From the NCBI GenBank assembly GCA_963842525.1, contig CAWJGT010000007.1, forward strand, positions 1 through 64,000: DNA of 64,000 bases. Reading direction: 5' to 3'. A model generated the notes under the pieces. That model had not been told where the DNA came from. It searched no databases and was given only the letters and a program-made list of their open reading frames with translations. This stretch comes from an uncultured Holophagales bacterium (GTDB lineage Bacteria > Acidobacteriota > Thermoanaerobaculia > Multivoradales > UBA5704). Both the position numbers and the translations under genes were made by a program. Below are positions 1 to 10,762 of the stretch, one piece after another. Within the stretch, counting starts at the first letter, position 1. Each line of letters begins with the position of its first letter.

Positions 1-146
1 CCGCGGCCAAGACATCGACCCAGACGGCTAGCGGGGTTCCCCCTTCCATGCCGGCGGCCCTTCCAGCGCGCGAAAGCGTGTCGCCGGCACGGCTTTTTGT
101 TATCCTCCTGCGGAACAGGCTCTGTGAATTCGCGAGGACCAGAACG

Positions 147-1509
147 ATGGACGACATCCACCTTTCGCGCGAGATCCTGCGAGCGGCTGACGAGGGAAGG
201 CTGCCGCGGAGCTTCGTTGACGAGATCAAGACGGAGCACCTTCTGGGCCGCTGTCCGCACTGCCGGGCGGAGGTCGAAGCCTATGCGGCGGAACGCCGTG
301 CCGGGGCGTCCGTCCTGATCCGATTCGTCCAGATCCTCTCGGCTCTCCTCGAGCGGTGGGTGGCCTGGGGCTCCCGGGAGGTTCAGCGTGCTGAACGGGA
401 TCTGCGGGAAGCTCCTCGGCCTTTCTCCTGACGAACGGATGGGACGGATCGACCGTGCCCGGGGGCGCTTCCACAGCCCGGTCCTGGTCCGCTTACTGCT
501 CGAGGAGAGCCGAGGTTGCATCCCGGGAAGGCCCACCGAGGCGTTCCACTTCGCGGATCTGGCCCGCGGGATTGCAAACCGGAATCCCCGAATGCCGGAG
601 TACTTTGACCTCTATGTTCTGGCTACGGCGTTTCAAGCGAACGCCTGCCGAGTCGGTAATGATCGCCGCAGAGCCGACGAGCTTTTCTCCATGGCGCGCC
701 AAGTCATGGCGGAGCACGGCGTCACCGATCCGGCAGTAGTCGCCCGGGTGGACGATCTCATAGGGTCCTTGCGCAAGGATCAGCGCCGTTTCGCCGAAGC
801 CGAGCGGCTTCTGCAGCGTGCCGCCATGCAGTTTGGCCTGATTGGCGCGTCAGAGGATGGGGCACGGACCCTCATCAAGCTGGGAGATACCTACGCGGCT
901 TCAGGCTCCTTCGAGCGTGCCATCGAGACCTCGCGTTCGGCACTGAACCTCCTCGGACCCGAGGCGGACCTGAAACTGCACATCGCCGGGCACTACAACC
1001 TGACTCTCCAGTTGGTCGAGGCGGGGCGGTTCGAGGAGGCCGCCGAGCTTCTGGAAGAAGACGAGGGCCTCTATGGAAAAGTGCAGGAGCCCTGGCTTCA
1101 GCTTCGCCTCATCTGGCTTCGAGGCGATCTCGCCGCGGGACAGAAGGATCTGGCTGCGGCCGAACGGGCCTATCGGCAGACCCGCGACGGTTTCATCTCT
1201 CTGGGGATCGGATACGACGCAGCGATCGTCTCCCTCGATCTGGCGGCCCTCTGTCTGCGGCAGGGGCGGACGGCCGATGTGCGCCAGATCGCCGAGGAGA
1301 TGCTGCCCATCTTCCAGGCCCAGGATGTCCATCGGGAAGCCCTGGCCGCGCTCGCTCTCTTCCAGGAGGCGGCCCGGAAGGATCAGCTCACGGTCGAGAG
1401 GACCCTCGAGGTCGCGGCCTACCTGCGCGAGGCGCGGAGCGAGCCCTCTCTCCGCTTCGAATGGCGCAGGTCGCGGCCGGATCTGCCGTCCGTCTGCACG
1501 GATGGCTGA
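147..1509 (+). CDS. TPR-like helical repeat protein with N-terminal HxxxxCPHC motif; split by a 1-bp frameshift near 410
   Basis: ATG at 147 (MDDIHLSRE...HLLGRCPHC). Removing one A in ctgcgggaagctc joins it to ORF 388-1509 (LLGLSPDER...), which has TPR-like A/L periodicity and ends in GIGYDAAIVSLDLA...HREALAAL. Confidence 0.7.
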
Positions 1510-1561
1510 CCCGAAGGGATGGCCCCTGGCATCCGACGGCCCGACGAGACGCCGACCATAT

Positions 1562-2212
1562 TCACCCAGAAACCGCCTCAGGCAGAGGAGTCTTGCGGAT
1601 CCACTCCTTCATGTACGCCATGAGCTCGGCGATCTCCAGGGTCTCGACCTCTTCCTGCGTGAAACCGGCTTCCACGAGGGAGAGCTGGAGGAAGCTGGTG
1701 AACTGGCTGTAGCGTTGCAAGATGCGGCTGCCGCTCGGTAGGTTCATCTCCGTCGTGATGCGGAGCCACTTCCGGACCTCGGCAACCAGGCTCTCGGCGT
1801 CGCCCTGATGGGCCCGGATGTCATTGCCGGAAATATCGGAGAGAGCTCTCTTGTATCTGTCCCGCTCCTTCTCCAGGATCAGGCACTGTTTGGTCGACAG
1901 GGGCGGCTCGCCGAAGAATCGACATCCCAGGTCGAGCCCCAGCTCGAAGGGCATATTGAAGCGGGGCAGCTCTCCGCTCTGGAGTGGCTCCATTCTGGAG
2001 ATGTCATGAATACTGTAGCGGCAGGACCGAATCAACGCGCGGATCTTCTCGAGCCGGAGACTGCCGGAATCCGCCTGGGCAGAGGCTGGGCAGGGCACCA
2101 GGCCGCAGTCGAGGATGGTGAAGATCAGAGCGGAGAGGAGGGGTCTGTACCCGTCGTCGTACGGGCAGTTGACGAATACCGCACGACCGAAATCGCCCGG
2201 TCCAGGAGTCAT
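1562..2212 (-). CDS. TIR/nucleoside-deoxyribosyltransferase-like Rossmannoid protein
   Basis: Motifs VFVNCPYD, RLEKIRALI, YSIHDISR, PRFNMPFELG. Start taken at ATG 2212 inside ORF 1562-2740. Confidence 0.6.
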   Translation of the reverse strand: MTPGPGDFGRAVFVNCPYDDGYRPLLSALIFTILDCGLVPCPASAQADSGSLRLEKIRALIRSCRYSIHDISRMEPLQSGELPRFNMPFELGLDLGCRFFGEPPLSTKQCLILEKERDRYKRALSDISGNDIRAHQGDAESLVAEVRKWLRITTEMNLPSGSRILQRYSQFTSFLQLSLVEAGFTQEEVETLEIAELMAYMKEWIRKTPLPEAVSG

Positions 2213-2240
2213 GGGCAGGTCCGTCGCTGCCTTCTCAGGT

Positions 2241-2549
2241 CTATCTGTTTCGGGCCGCGGATTTATAGACGGTCTCGAGGTTGGCCTTCCCGGGGGCCAC
2301 AACCTGCCGCTCTTTGATCGTGCCGTCCCGGTGATGGATGATGACTTCGCCGTTGGCCTGCTGCTCGGCGAGGGATCGCGCGAGCTCGACGGCTTCGTGC
2401 TCGCTGGGGAGGACCCGGGTGGCCTTCTGGGCCTCTTCCCGAAGCACGATCCAGCGGCCTTCGCCCGGGATGACATGCCAGCGCTTCTCGTTCTTGACCC
2501 GGCGCATCGCGTCGAGCACTTTGGCGACCCTGGACGGATCGGTGGCCAT
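2241..2549 (-). CDS. DUF2188 family protein
   Basis: WHVIP..GRWIV...EAVELARSLA...EVIIHHRDGTIKER signature; GGAG RBS upstream. Confidence 0.8.
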   Translation of the reverse strand: MATDPSRVAKVLDAMRRVKNEKRWHVIPGEGRWIVLREEAQKATRVLPSEHEAVELARSLAEQQANGEVIIHHRDGTIKERQVVAPGKANLETVYKSAARNR

Positions 2550-2668
2550 TCGAATCTCCTCCCCTCGGCGCTCCGAGGACTCTGGAGAGTATAACGCCTT
2601 TGGACCGATCCCTCTTGAAGCGCGGAGGATCGGACGCCGCGCGGATGCTGTAGGCTTAAGGCAGCCCT

Positions 2669-2965
2669 ATGCAGTCCAACTATCAGCTCTTCAAGCTCGG
2701 CTGGCTGGCCGTCCTCCCCCTCACCAAGGACGCGATCCACATCTACATCGGCTTCCTGTGCTTCCTGGTGGCGCTGATCCTCTTCCGCCGGCGGTTGACC
2801 TCGTTCTGGGCCCTGCTGCCCGGCGTGCTGGTCTCGCTCGTGCTGGAGTACTTCGACCTGCGGGACGGCTATGGCTGGGTGGCCAGCGTCAAGGACGTGG
2901 TCAACACCAACCTGATCCCGCTGGTGCTGGTGCTGCTGGCCCGCTGGAAGACGATCAACGTGTGA
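2669..2965 (+). CDS. small membrane protein (hypothetical)
   Basis: 98 aa, about three hydrophobic segments, high-GC3 codon usage. Confidence 0.65.
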   Translation: MQSNYQLFKLGWLAVLPLTKDAIHIYIGFLCFLVALILFRRRLTSFWALLPGVLVSLVLEYFDLRDGYGWVASVKDVVNTNLIPLVLVLLARWKTINV

Positions 2966-2990
2966 CCGCCGGCGGCAGACGACTGGCTGG

Positions 2991-3500
2991 CTAGTCTTCC
3001 CTTCGTGTCTGGGCGAGGAGGTGGGCGGACTCGGGAAGGATCAGCTTCTCCATGGCCAGCGAGACGGCCTTGGGAGAGCCGGGGAGGAGGAACACGGCGC
3101 GGTCGCCGATCAGGCCGGCCGCGGCCCGGCTGAGCATGGCCGCGGCGCCGACCTGCTGCCAGGAGAGCATCCGGAACAGCTCGCCGAAGCCCTCGACCGG
3201 CCTCTCCAGCAGCGGCCCGACCGCGTCGAGGGTCACGTCGCGCGGCGAGAAGCCGGTGCCGCCGGTGACCACCACCACGTCGATTCCGCGCATCTCCAGC
3301 ATCCGGCGCAGGGCGCGCCGGATGGCGGCGACGTCGTCGGGCACCACGATCGGCCCCTCGACCCGGTGGCCTGCCACCTGGGCCAGGGCTGCCAGGGAGC
3401 GGCCGCTCACGTCGTCCTCCGAGGTGCGGCTGTCGCTGACGGTGATAACTCCGAAGCCGAGGACTTCCGGCGCGGCGCGGCGGTGCTGCTCGACGCTCAT
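2991..3500 (-). CDS. moaB: MoaB/MogA family molybdenum cofactor biosynthesis protein
   Basis: VITVSD, DDVSG, VVVTGGTGFSPRDVT, GFGELFR, LPGSP motifs. Confidence 0.9.
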   Translation of the reverse strand: MSVEQHRRAAPEVLGFGVITVSDSRTSEDDVSGRSLAALAQVAGHRVEGPIVVPDDVAAIRRALRRMLEMRGIDVVVVTGGTGFSPRDVTLDAVGPLLERPVEGFGELFRMLSWQQVGAAAMLSRAAAGLIGDRAVFLLPGSPKAVSLAMEKLILPESAHLLAQTRRED

Positions 3501-3523
3501 CCGCAACAAGCCTAACACGAGGG

Positions 3524-3561
3524 TGTCCGGTTCTGGGACGCCGCCATCCCGCGAGCGGACA
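3524..3561 (+). promoter_or_regulatory. putative enhancer-binding-protein sites (two imperfect TGTCCG-N-CGGACA palindromes)
   Basis: TGTCCGGTTCTGGGACG at 3524-3540 and ATCCCGCGAGCGGACA at 3546-3561, about 75-110 bp upstream of the sigma54 motif. Confidence 0.45.
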
Positions 3562-3635
3562 CCGGAGCCTTGCCCTGTATTGTCGGAAACTCCTCAAAGC
3601 ATTGACAGACAAGTACTTGCCAACGCCTGAAACTG

Positions 3636-3651
3636 TGGCACAGGCCGTGCG
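3636..3651 (+). promoter_or_regulatory. sigma54 (-24/-12) promoter
   Basis: TGGCAC-AGGCC-GTGC matches TGGCAC-N5-TTGC; lies 30 bp upstream of the adaptor gene, and a sigma54 activator is encoded downstream. Confidence 0.7.
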
Positions 3652-3679
3652 TAGTAGGGCGATTGCAAGAGGAAAACCT

Positions 3680-4942
3680 ATGGCAACCATGGACAAACCC
3701 CGTACCGGATATGCAGAGAAGCGCCGCATGAAGCGCATCATCCTATTCGCGGCCATCGCCGTGGTGGTCATCTTGATCAGCGTCTGGATCACGGGCCTCA
3801 AGCCGGCGGCACCCCAGGCGGACAAAGAGACGCTGTTCTTCGGCAAGGTGACGCGCGGCCCCATGCTGCGCGACGTGCGCGGCCCCGGCACGCTTGTCCC
3901 CCTGGACGTGCGCTGGATCTCGGCGCCGGTCGAAGGCCGCATCGAGAGCATCCCGGCCCTGCCCGGCGCGCCGGTCGCCGCCGACACCGTGCTCATGACG
4001 CTCAGCAACCCGGAGATCGAGCAGAACATGTTCGAGGCGGAATCGCAGCTCCGCGCCGGCGAGGCCGACCTCGAGAACCTGCGCGCGCAGCTCGACAGCC
4101 AGCTCCTGGGGCAGCAGTCGCAGCTCTCGGCGGCCCAGTCGCAGGCCGAGCAGGCGCGGCTGCAGGTCGAGGCGGACCAGAAGCTCTACGCCGACAAGCT
4201 CATCGCCGAGCTGGACCTGAAGCTCTCCCGGCTGCGCTCCGAGCAGGCCACCAAGCAGGAGCGCATCGAGGGGGAGCGCTACGAGCGCGGCAAGAAGGCG
4301 AACCAGGCGCAGCTCGCGGCCCAGGCCGCCCGCGTGGGGCAGCTCCGCGCCCTCTATGGCCTGCGGCGCCGCCAGGTCGAGTATCTCAAGGTGCGGGCCG
4401 GCATTCCCGGCGTGCTCCAAGAGATGCCGGTCGAGGTCGGCCAGCGGGTCACCCCCGGCACTACGCTCGCCCGCGTCGCCCGGCCGGAGAACCTGAAGGC
4501 CGAGCTGCGCATCCCCGAGGTCCAGGCCAAAGACCTGGCGAGAGGGCTGACCGCGTCGATCGACACGCGCAACGGCATCATCCCCGGCCGCGTGATCCGG
4601 GTGGCGCCCTCGGCACAGGAGGGGAGCGTGATCGTCGACGTCGCCCTGGAAGGAGCGCTGCCCAGGGGCGCCCGCCCCAACCTGCAGGTGGATGGCACCA
4701 TCGTGCTCCAGCGCCTGCCCGACGTCCTCCAGGTCGGCCGGCCCACCTTCGGCCAGCAGAACAGCAAGGTCGAGATGTTCAAGGTGGTCGACGGCGGCAA
4801 GGCGGCGGTCCGGGTGCCTGTACAGCTTGGAGTGATGTCGGTCAGCAGCGCCCAGATTGTCAACGGCCTGCAGGTGGGCGACGAGGTCATCCTCTCCGAC
4901 ATGTCCCAATACGACGGCTACCCCGAGGTCCGTCTGGAATGA
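3680..4942 (+). CDS. HlyD/MacA-type periplasmic adaptor (membrane fusion protein)
   Basis: N-terminal TM segment, VRGPGTLVP, long coiled coil, VRAGIPG lipoyl half-motif, GLQVGDEVILSD. Confidence 0.9.
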   Translation: MATMDKPRTGYAEKRRMKRIILFAAIAVVVILISVWITGLKPAAPQADKETLFFGKVTRGPMLRDVRGPGTLVPLDVRWISAPVEGRIESIPALPGAPVAADTVLMTLSNPEIEQNMFEAESQLRAGEADLENLRAQLDSQLLGQQSQLSAAQSQAEQARLQVEADQKLYADKLIAELDLKLSRLRSEQATKQERIEGERYERGKKANQAQLAAQAARVGQLRALYGLRRRQVEYLKVRAGIPGVLQEMPVEVGQRVTPGTTLARVARPENLKAELRIPEVQAKDLARGLTASIDTRNGIIPGRVIRVAPSAQEGSVIVDVALEGALPRGARPNLQVDGTIVLQRLPDVLQVGRPTFGQQNSKVEMFKVVDGGKAAVRVPVQLGVMSVSSAQIVNGLQVGDEVILSDMSQYDGYPEVRLE

Positions 4943-5009
4943 AGCCTCGAATCCGGAATCTCCATACCGCCGCCGAAGGGGCGGCTCAGAGCTCAGGGAG
5001 GAACGCAAT

Positions 5010-5747
5010 ATGTCTGAATCGCTCATCCACCTCGACGGAGTGACCAAGGTCTTCCTGACCGACGAGGTCGAGACGCACGCCCTCTCCGGGATCCACCTGG
5101 AGATCAAGAACGGCGAGTACGTCTCGATCGCCGGCCCCTCCGGCTGCGGCAAGACCACCCTGCTGTCGATCCTGGGGCTGCTCGACACCCCGAGCGACGG
5201 CAAGTACTGGCTCAACACCAAGGAGGTCGCCAACCTCTCCTTCTCGGAGCGGGCGCGCATCCGCAACCAGGAGATCGGCTTCATCTTCCAGGCCTTCAAC
5301 CTGATCGGCGACCTCACGGTCTACGAGAACGTCGAGCTGCCCCTGACCTACCGGGGCATGCCGGCCAAGGAGCGCAAGGAGCGCGTCCAGGAAGCCCTCG
5401 AGCGGGTCGGCATGTCGCACCGCATGAAGCACTACCCCTCGCAGCTCTCGGGCGGTCAGCAGCAGCGCGTCGCCGTGGCGCGCGCCGTCGTCGGCAAGCC
5501 CTCGATCCTGCTCGCCGACGAGCCGACCGGAAACCTCGACTCGCGCAACAGCGAGCAGGTCATGGAGCTGCTCGAGGAGCTGCACAAGGACGGCGCCACC
5601 ATCTGCATGGTCACCCACGATCCGCGCTTCGCCCGCTATGCGGAGCGCTCGATCCACCTCTTCGACGGCCGGGTCGTCGAGGAGGAGCAGGGCGCCCAGC
5701 GCGAGCACGACCAGCACGAGGTCGAGCAGCGGGGATTCGCCGTCTAG
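5010..5747 (+). CDS. MacB/LolD-type ABC transporter ATP-binding protein
   Basis: [35 protein letters not shown]. Confidence 0.95.
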   Translation: MSESLIHLDGVTKVFLTDEVETHALSGIHLEIKNGEYVSIAGPSGCGKTTLLSILGLLDTPSDGKYWLNTKEVANLSFSERARIRNQEIGFIFQAFNLIGDLTVYENVELPLTYRGMPAKERKERVQEALERVGMSHRMKHYPSQLSGGQQQRVAVARAVVGKPSILLADEPTGNLDSRNSEQVMELLEELHKDGATICMVTHDPRFARYAERSIHLFDGRVVEEEQGAQREHDQHEVEQRGFAV

Positions 5748-5773
5748 AAACACGAAACGTTTTCCTCCAGGCC

Positions 5774-5811
5774 GGCTGCCGCTCCCTCCAGCGGCAGCCT
5801 TCTTTTTTCTT
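5774..5811 (+). terminator. intrinsic terminator
   Basis: GGCTGCCGCT-loop-AGCGGCAGCC stem followed by TTCTTTTTTCTT. Confidence 0.85.
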
Positions 5812-5838
5812 ACAGGCTTGCGGGTGTAGATTTCCGCC

Positions 5839-7214
<1,376 letters not shown>

Positions 7215-7225
<11 letters not shown>

Positions 7226-8573
7226 ACGGGTCGAGAAGCTCCGCCTGCGCCGCCGGCTCGTCCCGGCCCCGGGCTTCGAGGTCCGCATCCTGCTGCTCGC
7301 CCTGGCCGTGGGTGCGCCCGGGCTGCTCGCGGCCCTGCTGCTGCTCGGGTACGGCTCCTGGGACAGCCGCCTGGCCCTGGCCGCCGCCGTGGTGCTCGCC
7401 GTCCTGTGGTGGGTCCTCGCGCTGGAGCTGCGCGAGCGGGTGGTCCGCCCGATCCGCACCCTGGCCAACCTGCTGGGGGCCGTGCGCGAAGGGGACTTCT
7501 CGCTGCGGGCGCGGCTGCCCGAGCAGGCCGAGCAGGCGGACGCCCTCCGCCAGGTCATGCACGAGGTCAACGCCGTGGCCGAGATCCTGCGCCAGCAGCG
7601 GCTCGGCGCCGTGGAGGCCACCGCCCTGCTGCACCGCGTGATGGAGGAGGTCGACGTCGCCGTCTTCGCGTTCGACGACCAGGAGCGGCTGCGGCTGGTG
7701 AACCGCGCCGGCGCCCGCCTGGTGGGAGAGCCGAACGAGCGGCTGCTGGGCCGGGAGGCCGGATCGCTGGGCCTCGCCGATCTCCTGAGGGACGAGGAGC
7801 ACATCGTGCCCCTCACCTTCCCGGGCGGCGCCGGCCGCTGGGAGATCCGGCGCAGCGTCTTTCGCGAGCAGGGGCTGCCGCACCGGCTCCTGGTGATGAC
7901 CGACTTGAGCGAGACCCTGCGCGAGGAGGAGCGGCAGGCCTGGCGGCGCCTGTTGCGGGTGCTCGGGCACGAGCTCAACAACTCGCTCGCGCCGATCCGC
8001 TCCATGGCCTCGACCCTGGCCGTCCTGCTCGAAAAGCAGCCCGAGGACTGGCGCGAGGACATGCGGAGCGGCCTGGAGATCGTGGGTGACCGCTCGGACG
8101 CGCTGATCCGTTTCCTCGCCGCCTATGCGCGCCTCGCCAAGCTGCCGCCGCCGCGCCTCGAGCCGCTGGAGCTGTCGGCCCTGATCCGGCGCACCGCCGC
8201 GCTGGAGCGGCGCCTCCCGGTCTTCGTCGAGCGCGGCCCGCAGGCCGCGGTGCGCGGCGACGCCGACCAGCTCGAGCAGCTCCTCATCAACCTGATCCGC
8301 AACGCCGTGGACGCCGCGCTGGAGACCGGCGGCACGGTCGGGGTGGGCTGGCGGGAGGCGGGCCCATACGTGGAGGTCCGGGTGGAGGACGAGGGGCCGG
8401 GGATCTCGAACCCCGAAAATCTTTTTGTCCCGTTCTACACCACGAAACCGGAGGGAAGCGGCATCGGTCTCGCCCTCAGCCGGCAGATCGCCGAGGCCCA
8501 CGGCGGCACCCTCACCCTGGAGAACCGCAAGGAAGGGCGAGGGTGCGAGGCGCTGCTGCGGCTGCCGGTGTAG
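7215..8573 (+). CDS. sensor histidine kinase (2 TM, HAMP/PAS, HisKA, HATPase)
   Basis: GHELNNSLAPI H-box, NLIRNA, DEGPG, PFYTTK, GSGIGL. Confidence 0.93.
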
Positions 8574-8580
8574 GCGGGGC

Positions 8581-9543
8581 CTACTTCTTCAGGAACTCCA
8601 GCATCTCCTTGGCCGTGCCGGCGTTCTCGTCGTTGGGCGCCATCTCCAGGAACTTGGCCAGGTGCTCCCGGGCCTTGTCCTTCTGGTCGGCATTGACGTA
8701 GGACAGCCCCAGCAGGTATTCGGCCTTGGCGAGGGTCGGATCGATCGCCAGCGCGGTCTCGAAGGCCTGGATTGCCTGCGGCATCCGGTTCTCGTTGAAG
8801 TGGCTGATCCCCCGGTTGACCACGCGGACCGCGGTGTCGGGGGTGCGGTCGACCTTGGCCAGCTCGTCGAGTGCGGCGTCGAGCTGGTCGGTCTTGCCCA
8901 GCTTCACATAGGAGTCGTACCTCACCTTGAGGCCGCGCACCGCGCCCGGCTCGATCTCCAGGTACTTGTCGGCCGCGGCCAGGGCCTCGGCGTGCTTGTT
9001 CTGGTCGCTGTAGATCTCGGCAAGCACCACCCAGGCGGCTCCCAGCTTGGGATCGAGCTGCGCCGCCTCCTGGAACTTGACGGCGGCGCCGGCCATGTCG
9101 TTGTTCCGCAGCAGGCCGACGCCCTCGTTGTAGGCGGCGATGGCCTGGTTCTTCCCTTCGAGCTCCTTGGCCTCGGGACCCTCAGTCTGCTGGACCGGCT
9201 CCGGCTCCTCCGGCACGATGCTGAAGGTGACGCGCACCGTGTCTTCGATCTTGGGCTTGAGGGCGTCCTCGAAAGGCTTGAACCCCTCCTTCTCCACCCG
9301 GACCCGGTACTCCTTGGTGGCGTCCAGGATCAGCATGGTGAATTTGCCCTTGGCGTCGGTCGTCTTCTCCTGCTTGTAGTTGGTCTCCGCGAAGGTGACC
9401 GTCACCTTGGCGCCCTGGATGGGCTTGCCGTCCGGGCCGACCACCGTCCCCAGCACCCGCCCCTCGCCCACGGCGTACACGGCTCCGGCGACCGCCAGGG
9501 CCAGCAACAGCGCGGACAGCAGCGCGCGATGGAATCGAGTCAT
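8581..9543 (-). CDS. secreted carboxypeptidase-regulatory-like domain + TPR protein
   Basis: Signal peptide, GRVLGTVVGPDGKPIQGAKVTV...TDAKGKF, then TPR repeats (YNEGV, AEYLLGLSY). Confidence 0.85.
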   Translation of the reverse strand: MTRFHRALLSALLLALAVAGAVYAVGEGRVLGTVVGPDGKPIQGAKVTVTFAETNYKQEKTTDAKGKFTMLILDATKEYRVRVEKEGFKPFEDALKPKIEDTVRVTFSIVPEEPEPVQQTEGPEAKELEGKNQAIAAYNEGVGLLRNNDMAGAAVKFQEAAQLDPKLGAAWVVLAEIYSDQNKHAEALAAADKYLEIEPGAVRGLKVRYDSYVKLGKTDQLDAALDELAKVDRTPDTAVRVVNRGISHFNENRMPQAIQAFETALAIDPTLAKAEYLLGLSYVNADQKDKAREHLAKFLEMAPNDENAGTAKEMLEFLKK

Positions 9544-9587
9544 GATGTCCTGCCTTTCTCTCATAGATGTCGAACGACGGCCCGATT

Positions 9588-10679
9588 CTAATCCGAGCCT
9601 GGCGTTTTCTGCCCCTCCTGGGCTTCCGGCGCCTCCAAAGAATAGCCGCCGAGGAGCAGCCACTGCCGGGTGAGCGCCGCCCAGCCCTGGCGGTCGCCCG
9701 CCACCCGGACGAGGGTGTTGCCGGGGCCGCAGTCCTCCCGGAAGGCCACGATCTTGCCGTCGACCCGCCGGTAGAGGAGCGTCTCGTCCCCGCTCCCGTC
9801 GCCAACCTGGCCGAGGGCGAGCGGCTCGCCCCCCCAGAAGAACCAGCTTCGGACCGGCGGGCTTCCCGCTGGTGGCGGGGCCGGCGCGGCGAGGGCGTCC
9901 CCGGCGGGCTCCCAGGTGCCGTCGAAGCGGAGGCGGAGGACCTCGCCGCGCACCGGCCGCAGGACCCACATCGCGCCGCTCCAGTCCCGTTCGAGGTCGG
10001 TCGCCTCGCACTCTCCGGACTGCTCGATCGCCGTGCCCCGCAGCTTGCCCGACGGCTCCAGCCGGATGAGCCCAGGGGTCCCAGGGGTCGCACAAGCCGG
10101 GGCCACCCAAACCGAGCCCTGGCCGGCGAGCAGGTCCACGAAGCCGCCGCTTCCGGCCGGCGGCGGCGCGATCTTCACGGCTGCGGGGCGCCGCCCCGGC
10201 AGCATGCGCCAGAGGGTCGGGGTCGACGACGACGCGATCCAGACCGAGCCGTCGAAGGGATCGAGCGCCAGGGAGCCCCAGGAGCTGCCGGGCGGGCCGG
10301 AGATCTGGTCCAGCAGCTCCTCGATGGCGCCGAACTCGGGGATCGCCACCAACTCGGGCGTCCGCGCGTCGCGCGGCACGCCGACCAGCAGCGACGGCTC
10401 GAAGAGCACCCAGGCGGTGTCCTTCCCCAGGACGATGTCCAGCGGCCGGCTTCCTTCCGGCACGCCCAGCTCCGCCCACTCGACCCGCCGCGCCTCCTGG
10501 ACCCCGCAGATCAGGTTCGAAAGAGGGATCACCGGAGCGGGGGGAGGCGGCGGGGGAGTGACCGGAGGAGCAGCTTCAGGTAGGGCGGCAGCCGGAGCAG
10601 GGGCCTGCGGCGGGGCGGTGGCGCAGGCCGTGAAGAGGCCGGCGAAGAGGGCGAAGCAGGCGCAGGAGAACGTTTTCAC
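9588..10679 (-). CDS. putative lipoprotein, possible beta-propeller
   Basis: FTAC lipobox, Pro-rich linker, repeated DGSVWIA/GSVWVA/GAMWVL strand motifs. Confidence 0.6.
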   Translation of the reverse strand: MKTFSCACFALFAGLFTACATAPPQAPAPAAALPEAAPPVTPPPPPPAPVIPLSNLICGVQEARRVEWAELGVPEGSRPLDIVLGKDTAWVLFEPSLLVGVPRDARTPELVAIPEFGAIEELLDQISGPPGSSWGSLALDPFDGSVWIASSSTPTLWRMLPGRRPAAVKIAPPPAGSGGFVDLLAGQGSVWVAPACATPGTPGLIRLEPSGKLRGTAIEQSGECEATDLERDWSGAMWVLRPVRGEVLRLRFDGTWEPAGDALAAPAPPPAGSPPVRSWFFWGGEPLALGQVGDGSGDETLLYRRVDGKIVAFREDCGPGNTLVRVAGDRQGWAALTRQWLLLGGYSLEAPEAQEGQKTPGSD

Positions 10680-10762
10680 GGTGATACCATGGCTGATCTC
10701 ATCCGGCGGGTCCCTTGCCCGCCGTGGTCCGAAGCATAACCGGATCGCACGAGGGAGACGAC

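Noticed and set aside
1-45. 3' half of a c-di-GMP-I riboswitch (GGCTAGCGGGGTT)
   Set aside because: Cut by the window edge and equally readable as a gene end (RGQDIDPDG-stop); cannot be supported.
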